In this document: in pieces, positions 1-8,537 of the stretch
How positions within the stretch are numbered: the stretch's first letter is position 1
How the letters are laid out: each line of letters starts with the position of its first letter
DNA from: Acutalibacteraceae bacterium
GTDB taxonomy: Bacteria; Bacillota; Clostridia; Oscillospirales; Acutalibacteraceae
NCBI GenBank assembly: GCA_045576915.1
Contig: JAZNHK010000213.1
Coordinates: 1-51,180 of the forward strand
Length of the DNA stretch: 51,180 bases
Direction: 5' to 3'
The notes under the pieces: generated by a model
The model's database searches: none
What the model saw: the letters and a program-made list of their open reading frames with translations, nothing else
Told to the model about the DNA's origin: nothing
Program-made: the position numbers and the translations under genes

Positions 1-3000
1 CCGTCACCGTCAAGGTCATATTTCACTATATCATCATAGCTTGCAGTTTCGGTCTGAGTGTGTCCTTCTGAAACAGCCATATTAACAAGTGCCTGATAGT
101 CGGTTACATCAACTGTTCCGTCACCGTTTGTATCACCAACATTTGCAACGGAGTAGTTACCTGTTTCGCCTACTGTTACAACCTTGTAAAGCTCATTTGA
201 TGTGAACATAGGCTTTGCACCTGTTTGGTTATTATCCTGACCCCATACCTGTTCAGTATTACCTTGTTGGAGAAGGTATGCAACCTCACCGCTTGCAAAT
301 TGATCAGGAGTCTTGGTACTTGTGTTGGTGTAGATCTGATTTGCCGTATCCCGTTTACCATAGAAATTGAGACCATCGTCCTCGCACCAGTAGATGTTGG
401 TAAAGGTAGAGGTGTAGCCGTCGGTAGCCTGATAGCCCACGATGGCACCAGCCGCGCCGTTAGCAGTATCGGTGGTGGTGACATTGCCGACGTAAGCCAC
501 ATTGGTGATGTCGAAATACTGATTACCATTCCAGCCCTGACCCACCAAACCACCTGCGTTATAGCCGGTCACATTGGCATACACGGCACAGTTTTCAATC
601 TTGGAATACTGCGTGCTATTGTGCTGACCGCCGAAGTAGCCCACCAAACCGCCCGCATTACCACCTGTTGTGCAGGTGTTGGTTACATTTACGGTACTGA
701 GCACGCCGCTGACGGTGGTGCGGTACATGGAAGCTGCAACAGCACCCACATTGCCCGTGGTGTTCACGGCGAGGTAACCGTCCAGAAACAGATTCTTAAT
801 CACGCTGTAATTGCAGATGCCGAACAGACCGTAGTTGGCGGAAACCTGCTCGGAGCCGTAATCTAGTTTAAGCGTAACGGTGTTGCCCCCACCGTCGAAG
901 GTGTAATTACCGCCCCAGCCGATGGGAATCCATTCCGTTTTGGAATTGTCAAGGGTAATATCATTCATCAACACGATACTGCCGCTGATTTCACCTATCC
1001 GATTCCGCTCGGAGTACCAGTAGAGATTAGATGTGTTTTTGATTGCATAATAGCCCACATAGCTGCTGTCCAAGCCGAGGTCATTGCAATTCTCCGCAGT
1101 CACAAAGATTGCCGGTTCGTAGTTGCCGCAGTTAGTACAGCAATAGTCGGAGCCGAAATTGTGACTGTCAAAATCGTCGTCAGTTGTAGAATAGAAAGTA
1201 TCGCCGCCACAGATATTCTCATAGACGGTTTCGCCGCCGCGCAGAACGGGGAGCGTTCCCTGTCCCCAGGCACTACCCAGCAGATATGTTACCTCACCGG
1301 AGGCAAACTGGCTTTCAGCACGAATACCGCAATCCATATGTGTGCCGGCGTAGCTACCAACGTAGTTTCCGTAATTGGTATAGCAGTTGGTCATCGTGCC
1401 GACTCTGTCGCCTTCGGTATCAGCACGGTTATCGCCCACAACGCCGCCCGAACGCCCCGCCGCCATAGTCAGATTATATACATAACAGTTGGCAACGGTA
1501 CCGCCGTAGTTACAGCCCGCAATGCCGCCTGCAACGCCGTTGGTGGTGTTCACCTGTGTGTTGATATCGGAGCCCACAGCGTAGCAGTTTTCCACTTTAC
1601 CGCCGATGAGCTGACCGACGATACTGCCTACACGGGTATCCTTGCCTGCACCGGTGTATGTAAAGTTATCCATGCCGAGGTTCTTCACCGTACCGCTGAC
1701 GGTACCGAACAGACCGAAGGAAACATCCTCCGTTGTTGAGCCGATAACAGAGAGATTTTTAATCACATAGCCATCGCCGTTAAAGGTTCCGGCATAGCCC
1801 GCGTCGGGATATGCACCGTCGGAATAGTCGCTACTGTAATACAAAGCGGTGGAACAGATGGGTGTCCATTCAATGCCGGTCATGTCGATATCTGCCACAA
1901 GAATTGCGTTGGCATTCTTCGCAATCGCACCGCTGTTGATCTGCTCCGCAAACCAATAGAGCTGGCCTGCGTTGCTGATCTCATAAATGCCGCTTTCGTT
2001 CAGCACGGCGGGCTGGTAATGCATTTCGCTCTCCACAGCGGTGCAGATGCCATTGATATAGCTGTGGGGCTTCTCAGAGGAAATCTCCGTATTGGTGTAG
2101 ACTGCCGTTGCATCGTTTGCGCAGGAAGCATAGCCGGAGTAAACCTTCTTGCCGCCAAGGACGGGATAGGTGTCGGTGTCGATCAGCTGACCCCAGACGT
2201 GGGTTTCCTGTTCGCCCTGAAGCAGATAAGCCACTTCGCCGTTTAAGAACTGTTCCTTGGATTTTCCCTCAACTTTTCCTGCTTCATCAGCATTAGTGGA
2301 ATGTCCGCTCTCGACGTTACCTGTCAGATAATAGCAATTATTGAGTACGATATTATTTGTTCCTCCGACTATACCGCCTAAACTTAAAACAGCTGAGCTT
2401 CCGTAAAGCTTCGCATCGCTGTAACAGTTATTGATCTCACTGGAAGATAACTGACTATCTCCCGAAATTCCGCCGCCTCTGTAAGTGGTTACAACTGTAC
2501 CAATGAAAGCACAGTTCGAAATAACGCCGCCTTGATGTGTAGCTGCAATTCCGCCCACGCTACCATTTTCATGCAACGTGCAAAAATATGAATCCACAAC
2601 TGTTAAGTTCTTCACCGTACCGCCAAGTAAATAACCCACAAGGCCCATTTGATACCTTTCAGAAGTGTTACCGTAAATTCCGGAAATAGTATAATTCGCA
2701 CCATCAATAGTTCCCTTAAAATACGGCCAGCCGCCATTTCTCCATCCAATGGGAGTCCATGAAAGGAAGGAATCTCCGTTGGTAACGTTACCCTCTTCAT
2801 CGAAGGTCAAGCTGTCAAGAAGGTTCTCGTTGACTTTAATATCTGCCGTCAGACGGGCTTTTCCCGTTGTTTCTCCTCCATTGACCTTAGCTGCAAACCA
2901 AAAGAGCTTTCCGGCATTATCTATCTGATAATATCCACCGGATTTAACGGGGGTTTCATATCCACCGCATACAACACAAAAGCCGTTTGTATACGTTCCG

Positions 3001-3140
3001 GTACAGTCTGTAGTTGACATGCAGGCGTCACCGTCTGCCGCACTTACATTCAATGACACTGCTGGCACATAGCTCATTACAAGAGCAAGGCAAAGTGCTA
3101 TACTCAATATCTTTTTTATTGTTTTGTTTGTTGTTTTCAT
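1..3140 (-). CDS. Secreted GLUG-repeat protein with C-terminal dockerin. The gene is partial because its 3' end lies beyond the window.
   Basis: It is absent from the ORF track because it has no stop codon inside the window. The reverse frame opens with ATG at 3140-3138, and I translated it without a stop down to nt 3, giving at least 1046 codons. The N-terminus MKTTNKTIKKILSIALCLALVMSYVPAVSLNVSAADG is a Sec signal peptide. Three modules of roughly 330 aa carry GLUG-type motifs (GGIAG, GGLVG, GGIVG followed by NCY). Each module ends in QF.SGEV.YLL...WGQ. The last residues, GDTNGDGTVDVTDYQALVNM...YDLDGDG, form a type-I dockerin Ca-binding repeat pair that the window edge cuts. Confidence 0.8.
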   Translation of the reverse strand, partial: MKTTNKTIKKILSIALCLALVMSYVPAVSLNVSAADGDACMSTTDCTGTYTNGFCVVCGGYETPVKSGGYYQIDNAGKLFWFAAKVNGGETTGKARLTADIKVNENLLDSLTFDEEGNVTNGDSFLSWTPIGWRNGGWPYFKGTIDGANYTISGIYGNTSERYQMGLVGYLLGGTVKNLTVVDSYFCTLHENGSVGGIAATHQGGVISNCAFIGTVVTTYRGGGISGDSQLSSSEINNCYSDAKLYGSSAVLSLGGIVGGTNNIVLNNCYYLTGNVESGHSTNADEAGKVEGKSKEQFLNGEVAYLLQGEQETHVWGQLIDTDTYPVLGGKKVYSGYASCANDATAVYTNTEISSEKPHSYINGICTAVESEMHYQPAVLNESGIYEISNAGQLYWFAEQINSGAIAKNANAILVADIDMTGIEWTPICSTALYYSSDYSDGAYPDAGYAGTFNGDGYVIKNLSVIGSTTEDVSFGLFGTVSGTVKNLGMDNFTYTGAGKDTRVGSIVGQLIGGKVENCYAVGSDINTQVNTTNGVAGGIAGCNYGGTVANCYVYNLTMAAGRSGGVVGDNRADTEGDRVGTMTNCYTNYGNYVGSYAGTHMDCGIRAESQFASGEVTYLLGSAWGQGTLPVLRGGETVYENICGGDTFYSTTDDDFDSHNFGSDYCCTNCGNYEPAIFVTAENCNDLGLDSSYVGYYAIKNTSNLYWYSERNRIGEISGSIVLMNDITLDNSKTEWIPIGWGGNYTFDGGGNTVTLKLDYGSEQVSANYGLFGICNYSVIKNLFLDGYLAVNTTGNVGAVAASMYRTTVSGVLSTVNVTNTCTTGGNAGGLVGYFGGQHNSTQYSKIENCAVYANVTGYNAGGLVGQGWNGNQYFDITNVAYVGNVTTTDTANGAAGAIVGYQATDGYTSTFTNIYWCEDDGLNFYGKRDTANQIYTNTSTKTPDQFASGEVAYLLQQGNTEQVWGQDNNQTGAKPMFTSNELYKVVTVGETGNYSVANVGDTNGDGTVDVTDYQALVNMAVSEGHTQTETASYDDIVKYDLDGD

Positions 3141-3191
3141 AAATGCACCTCTAAAAAATAAGGATAAATGGTTCATTTTCGTTTATATGCT

Positions 3192-3899
3192 CTAACTATG
3201 GTTTTCTGCATCTATGAGCATTTGTTCAAAGGTTTCCTCTGTTGTTTTATCAACATATTCTTTAAACTCTTTGAAAATTCGCTCTCCGATATGTTTATAA
3301 TCATAGCTTAATGCTTTTTTGATTTTGGTTTCACGAATTTTTTTCGGAACATTATATACATATAATATTTTATCAAGAGCTTCTGCTATTCGTGTTTCAA
3401 GGGAAACATGTTCATCAAGACTCATAAGCGTTGCATATTCAATTCCTGAAACTAAAATTTCCGCTTCTTCAAACTGTTCGTCAGTCCAACCCTTACAATA
3501 TTCTTTGTATACCTCTTTAGAACGCTCTGTATCATTTTCACGGATTTTTTTTAATGTCATAGGACTCTGATATGAAGAAATAAAAAAATCCTTTGCAATA
3601 GGGTTGCTCTCACAAGCCGATGCCATTGTCATAAGTTCAAGGCAGATTGACATTACCGAGCTTATTCCATCCTTTGCCTCATACTCAATAAGCTTCCATT
3701 GGAATTTACAAAGGTCATCAACAAGTATTGCCAACAAATGCTCTTTAGTCGGAAAATAATACGTCAGATTTCCTGTACTCATACCAAGCGCTTTTGCTAT
3801 TACATTTGGTGATGTTTCGGAATAACCTTTTTCAAAAAACAGCTGTATTGCCATTTTCAATATATCGTGCTTTGTTTTTTCTGATTTTTTCAACGCCAT
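3192..3899 (-). CDS. TetR/AcrR-family transcriptional regulator
   Basis: The N-terminal HTH signature is HDILKMAIQLFFEKGYSETSPNVIAKALGMSTGNLTYYFPTKEHLL. The size is 235 aa. Confidence 0.85.
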   Translation of the reverse strand: MALKKSEKTKHDILKMAIQLFFEKGYSETSPNVIAKALGMSTGNLTYYFPTKEHLLAILVDDLCKFQWKLIEYEAKDGISSVMSICLELMTMASACESNPIAKDFFISSYQSPMTLKKIRENDTERSKEVYKEYCKGWTDEQFEEAEILVSGIEYATLMSLDEHVSLETRIAEALDKILYVYNVPKKIRETKIKKALSYDYKHIGERIFKEFKEYVDKTTEETFEQMLIDAENHS

Positions 3900-3914
3900 A
3901 CACTAAATCCCTCG

Positions 3915-3971
3915 TTTTTTCGCACTTGTACTAAATATCTTTTGGTTGATTTTAGCACAAGTGCGAAAAAA
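3915..3971. repeat. 15-bp perfect inverted repeat (TTTTTTCGCACTTGT, 27-nt gap, ACAAGTGCGAAAAAA) in the divergent TetR / HTH-flavoprotein intergenic region
   Basis: Read directly from the sequence. The arms are at 3915-3929 and 3957-3971, starting 16 nt upstream of the TetR start codon. Confidence 0.7.
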
Positions 3972-4255
3972 TTGCAACGTTTTTTTTGAAATTTTTCTAA
4001 ATCTACTGCAAAACCTATGTTTTCATGACCATATCCTTTCCATAATATTTTTAAAAATTTATAAAAATCCCGAAAGCAAAACGTGCAATCATATTTTTCA
4101 TTTTATAAAATTTTTGTATATAAATAAAACTATGGATATCCTTCTTTTCATATGATATAATCATACCGATGAATAAACTCTTTTTTATTCAAATGTTAAT
4201 ATCCGTTGCTTGTAAATATCGTATTTATCATCTATAATGAATAAAGGAAGATTTT

Positions 4256-5839
4256 ATGTTCAGCTATAATGTAAAAAAATTCAGAAAATTAAAAAATCTT
4301 TCCCAGGAGGATTTGGCTTTAAAATTATGTGTTGTAAGGCAAACCGTGTCTAAATGGGAAAAAGGATTATCTGTACCTGATATTGAACTCTTACTGAAAA
4401 TTGCAGAAGTTTTAGATGTATCCGTAAATCAACTTTTAAACAATGAATGTATTATAAAGAAGGTAGATGAGCAAATGAAATACGATGTAATTATTATCGG
4501 AGCCGGTCCCGGAGGAATTTTTGCTGCCTATGAGCTTGTGCAACAAAAACCTGAATTGAACGTAGCTGTTTTCGAAGCCGGACATTCATTAGATAAGCGT
4601 AAATGTCCTATCGATGGAGAAAATATCAAGTCCTGTATCAACTGCAAAAGCTGTAGTATTATGAGTGGTTTTGGCGGTGCTGGTGCTTTTTCTGACGGCA
4701 AATACAATATCACCAATGATTTTGGTGGCACTTTATATGAATATATCGGCAAAAAGCATGCCTTGGATTTAATGAAATATGTTGACCAAATCAACTTAAA
4801 ATATGGTGGCGAAGGCACAAAATTATATACAACTGCCGGAACTCGCTTCAAAACTGTTTGTATTCAGAATGACCTTCATCTGCTCGATGCTTCGGTACGT
4901 CACCTTGGAACAGATATCAACTACATTGTTCTAGAGAATATGTATAAGTATCTGAAAGAAAAAGTTCAATTTTTCTTTGACACACCTGTTCTTTCTGTTG
5001 TTGATAACGAAGATTCTTATGAAATCATCTGCAAAGATGCAACTTACGAGTGCAACAAGTGTATTATTTCTGTCGGAAGAAGTGGTAGCAAATGGATGGA
5101 ATCTGTTTGTAAAGAATTGAATATCACCACTAAATCCAACCGTGTGGATATTGGTGTTCGTGTTGAATTACCTGCTTCAGTTTTTGCTCATCTTACTGAT
5201 GAGCTTTATGAAAGTAAAATTGTTTATCGTACCGAAAAATACGGAGATAAAGTCCGAACCTTCTGTATGAATCCCAAAGGTGCAGTTGTAAACGAAAACA
5301 CAAATGGTATTATTACCGTAAATGGTCACAGCTATGAAGACCCTGCCAAGCAGACAAATAACACTAACTTTGCTTTATTGGTCGCAAAACATTTCTCTGA
5401 ACCATTCAAAGATTCAAATGGTTACGGTGAATCTATAGCTCGCCTTAGCAATATGCTTGGCGGTGGCGTTATTGTACAGCGATTCGGTGATTTGATTCGT
5501 GGCCGTCGTTCTACACCAAACCGTATTGAAGAGGCATTTATCACTCCAACATTAAATGCAACTCCGGGTGATTTGAGCCTGGTGCTTCCTAAACGTATTT
5601 TAGACGGTATTATCGAAATGATTTATGCACTGGATAAAGTTGCACCGGGTACAGCTAATGAAGACACACTTCTTTATGGCGTTGAGGTAAAATTTTATAA
5701 TATGGAAGTTGAAGTTGACGAACATTTAGAGTCAAACCACAAAGGTTTATATATCATTGGCGACGGAAGTGGCATCACCCACTCTCTTTCTCATGCTTCT
5801 GCAAGCGGTGTTCACGTTGCACGTGATATTGTACGATAA
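4256..5839 (+). CDS. Fusion protein joining an N-terminal XRE-type HTH to an FAD-dependent dehydrogenase (COG2509-like)
   Basis: Residues 5-62, VKKFRKLKNLSQEDLALKLCVVRQTVSKWEKGLSVPDIELLLKIAEVLDVSVNQLL, form a classic HTH_3 domain. A Rossmann FAD motif, YDVIIIGAGPGGIFAA, follows. The C-terminal GDGSG motif is typical of this flavoprotein family. Confidence 0.7.
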   Translation: MFSYNVKKFRKLKNLSQEDLALKLCVVRQTVSKWEKGLSVPDIELLLKIAEVLDVSVNQLLNNECIIKKVDEQMKYDVIIIGAGPGGIFAAYELVQQKPELNVAVFEAGHSLDKRKCPIDGENIKSCINCKSCSIMSGFGGAGAFSDGKYNITNDFGGTLYEYIGKKHALDLMKYVDQINLKYGGEGTKLYTTAGTRFKTVCIQNDLHLLDASVRHLGTDINYIVLENMYKYLKEKVQFFFDTPVLSVVDNEDSYEIICKDATYECNKCIISVGRSGSKWMESVCKELNITTKSNRVDIGVRVELPASVFAHLTDELYESKIVYRTEKYGDKVRTFCMNPKGAVVNENTNGIITVNGHSYEDPAKQTNNTNFALLVAKHFSEPFKDSNGYGESIARLSNMLGGGVIVQRFGDLIRGRRSTPNRIEEAFITPTLNATPGDLSLVLPKRILDGIIEMIYALDKVAPGTANEDTLLYGVEVKFYNMEVEVDEHLESNHKGLYIIGDGSGITHSLSHASASGVHVARDIVR

Positions 5840-5867
5840 GAATACCAAACTAATTGTAACATAACAA

Positions 5868-5910
5868 AAACATTCTCCCCCGGTATGCTACCAAGGGAGA
5901 ATGTTTTATT
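5868..5910. terminator. Bidirectional intrinsic terminator between convergent genes
   Basis: A 12-bp stem pairs AAACATTCTCCC with GGGAGAATGTTT. It is flanked by an A-run and a T-run. Confidence 0.7.
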
Positions 5911-5928
5911 TAATGGAAGGATTTTGGA

Positions 5929-7362
5929 TTATTTTAACACAGAGATTGCATCACTTATTGTTTTCTCAAATGCTTCTCTGCCATATTTATCTACTTCTGC
6001 TTTATTCTTTTCACCATGAGTAAGGCAACCTGCACCGCCGATACATCCGCCTACGCAAGCCATACCTTCAATGAAGTTTGCATTAAGTGCATTCTTACTT
6101 TTCTTAAGAAGAGCAATTCTGCATTCTTCAATGCCATCACAAGATACAGGATTAAATTCGAAATCTGTTAATTTCTGTTCTTTAATCGCCTGAGTCACAG
6201 CATCTGTAAGACCTCCACTTCGAGCAAAAATCCTACCGAAATATGAGGCGTTATCAAGCACGTCTTCATCAAGAGTTGTGATATCAATATCACGACTATC
6301 AAAAAGAGCCTGAAGTTCTTCAAAGGTTAAAACTGCATCCACATAAGGCTTTGCACTTTCAAGCTGAGCTTCTGCTTTTTTTGCAGTACAAGGACCGATG
6401 AAAATTGTTTTTGCATTTGCGTCCGTTTCTTTTATATATTTTGAAATCTCAACCATTGGTGAACAGTTATGAGAAATCAAAGGCACTAAATCAGGGAAGC
6501 TTGATTTGATATAGGAAACAAATGCAGGACAACAAGAGCTGGTAAGGAAGCCTTTTTCTGTCAACTCCTTAGCCTCACTCATAGCAACCATATCTGCACC
6601 AAGAGCTGCTTCAACAACTGTATGGAAACCCATTTTTTTAAGCCCTGTTATAACCTGACCTAATTTGGCATAGGCGAACTGGCTTGAAATTGAGGGTGCA
6701 ACAACTGCATAAAGCTTGTAGCTTCTGCCCTGTTCACTCTTTTTAATAAGGTCAACAACATTAAGAATGTATGACTTATCAGAAATAGCACCGAAAGGAC
6801 ATTGATAAACACAAGCACCACAAGCAGTACATTTATCGTTATCAATGGATGCAGCATTATCATCATTTATTGAAATCGCCTTAACCTTACAAGCAATCTG
6901 ACAGGGTCTTTTGCGGTTAACAATTGCAGAGTAAGGGCAAACCTTTGCACACTGACCACATTCAACACATTTTGATTTATCAATGTGAGCAACGTGATTA
7001 TGGTCAAAAGAAATTGCACCACGCTTACAAACATCTTCGCAACGATGAGCAAGGCATCCCCTGCAAGAATCTGTTACCTCATAACCTGCTGCAGGACACT
7101 CATCACAAGCAATATCAATAACCTCAATAACATTTGGATTTTCTATATCTCCACCCATTGCAATTTTAACGCGTTCAGATAGAATCGCTCTTTCCTTATA
7201 AACGCAACAACGCATTGTGGAGGTTTTGCCGGGGACGATTTTTTTAGGTATTTCGAGAATATTTTCAAGAAGAGTATCATTCCATGCTTCTCTTGCAACC
7301 TCTCTTAAAACCTTATATTTAAGATATTGTACTTTTGTATCAAATTTTCTTATATTATTCAT
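5929..7362 (-). CDS. [FeFe]-hydrogenase-family protein with N-terminal Fe-S cluster domains (HydA2/HfsD-like)
   Basis: Two ferredoxin motifs are present, CVECGQCAKVCP and CTACGACVYQCP. The H-cluster motifs are TSSCCPAFV, IGPCTAKKAEA and EGMACVGGCIGGAG. Confidence 0.8.
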   Translation of the reverse strand: MNNIRKFDTKVQYLKYKVLREVAREAWNDTLLENILEIPKKIVPGKTSTMRCCVYKERAILSERVKIAMGGDIENPNVIEVIDIACDECPAAGYEVTDSCRGCLAHRCEDVCKRGAISFDHNHVAHIDKSKCVECGQCAKVCPYSAIVNRKRPCQIACKVKAISINDDNAASIDNDKCTACGACVYQCPFGAISDKSYILNVVDLIKKSEQGRSYKLYAVVAPSISSQFAYAKLGQVITGLKKMGFHTVVEAALGADMVAMSEAKELTEKGFLTSSCCPAFVSYIKSSFPDLVPLISHNCSPMVEISKYIKETDANAKTIFIGPCTAKKAEAQLESAKPYVDAVLTFEELQALFDSRDIDITTLDEDVLDNASYFGRIFARSGGLTDAVTQAIKEQKLTDFEFNPVSCDGIEECRIALLKKSKNALNANFIEGMACVGGCIGGAGCLTHGEKNKAEVDKYGREAFEKTISDAISVLK

Positions 7363-7364
7363 AA

Positions 7365-8537
7365 TTAAAAATAACTCACTTTAATTCGTTTACCCATTTG
7401 CTTCAAGCATTTGGAAAGTTCTTCAACAAGATTCATTTTAATATTGAAGTTTATAGGCAAATCAGGGTTTTGATGAGCAGGATTAATTGCTCTGCCTACA
7501 TAGAAGTTTATATCTGTTGCCTCTTCAAAAAGCAATCTGCTTATGAGTGAAGCTCCGTCTTTCTTAAAACTCCAATGCTCGTAGTGCTTATTTTCACCTA
7601 AATAATCCTGAGCATATTCAACAACCTTATTAACAGTGATGACACCTTCTGTTACAAGGTCAACGCCCTCGATTTCTGCAATAGGCGGAACATCACTATG
7701 TTCGAAATTAAGGGTCGGTTTCAATGGTTTTCTCAAAAATTTTGAGGCAATTGTTGAAGTTGTACCGCCACAGATAATGTGTTTGCCCTCTTTCGAGAAG
7801 AAAAGGCTCATCATTCTATCTGCATCATCTCTGTTTGATGGCGGTCCAAAAAGCATATTCATAGGAACTCTTTTGCGAATTTTCACAACACACGCAGTCG
7901 CATCATCCCCAGGTTTATGACCATAAAGCTTATCACACTCATCAATGAGCATTGTTGATAAAGTCTTCGCGGTATAGCCAACCGGAGCAAGAGTTTCAAG
8001 AAAACTTGCAATATCTTCACGCTTCCATCCGAAATTATATGCAGTACCTATACCTGCGTGAGGACAACCATCGCTCATAGCAATAAAAATATCATTTTCC
8101 TGCAACTGAATAACGGATTTAAAAATCTTCTTACCACCAATATTCATTTCAGTTTTAGGATAATCCCAATTTTTATCATTACGAATGATTATTGTATGTG
8201 GATTATCATACTGAATAAGCTCAGCTGTCTGGTTATTCTTTAAATGAATAATGGTAAATGTTGAATAAGCCACACCACGAACAGAACAAACGGGTAAGGT
8301 CGCAGCAATTGTTTCAACACATTCTTCCAATGAAAGACCTTCCGCAAGCATTGTGGAAATGATTTTTGATGTAAGTGTTGAAAGTATACTCGCTTTAACA
8401 CCACTACCAAGACCATCAGAAAGTACCACAACTGTTGACTCGTCATCCGGCTCAACAATATCAATATGGTCTCCGCAAAGCTGTTCACCGTAGTGATTTA
8501 TACTTTTGTAACCGATATCTGCACATAAATCATTCAT
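7365..8537 (-). CDS. SpoIIE/PP2C-type serine phosphatase with an uncharacterised C-terminal domain of about 160 aa
   Basis: The PP2C core is CGDHIDIV...VVVLSDGLGSGVKASILS...MSDGCPHAG. The start overlaps the upstream hydS stop by 8 nt. Confidence 0.75.
   Translation of the reverse strand: MNDLCADIGYKSINHYGEQLCGDHIDIVEPDDESTVVVLSDGLGSGVKASILSTLTSKIISTMLAEGLSLEECVETIAATLPVCSVRGVAYSTFTIIHLKNNQTAELIQYDNPHTIIIRNDKNWDYPKTEMNIGGKKIFKSVIQLQENDIFIAMSDGCPHAGIGTAYNFGWKREDIASFLETLAPVGYTAKTLSTMLIDECDKLYGHKPGDDATACVVKIRKRVPMNMLFGPPSNRDDADRMMSLFFSKEGKHIICGGTTSTIASKFLRKPLKPTLNFEHSDVPPIAEIEGVDLVTEGVITVNKVVEYAQDYLGENKHYEHWSFKKDGASLISRLLFEEATDINFYVGRAINPAHQNPDLPINFNIKMNLVEELSKCLKQMGKRIKVSYF

Noticed and set aside
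176-2296. Track ORFs 176-553(-), 225-866(+), 1161-1739(+), 1286-1468(+), 2019-2246(+) and 2108-2296(+), plus 2612-2800(-)
   Set aside because: All lie inside, and out of frame or antisense to, the uninterrupted minus-strand gene of more than 1046 codons (1-3140). That gene has a signal peptide, coherent repeats and a dockerin. The G+C-rich patch simply lowers stop-codon frequency in the other frames.
3946-4155. 69-aa plus-strand ORF in the TetR / HTH-flavoprotein intergenic region, and the antisense ORFs listed within most large genes (for example 33283-33606, 6660-7182, 11604-12975)
   Set aside because: They have low-complexity AT-rich translations, non-ATG starts or no RBS. They are fully overlapped by well-supported genes or by promoter regions.
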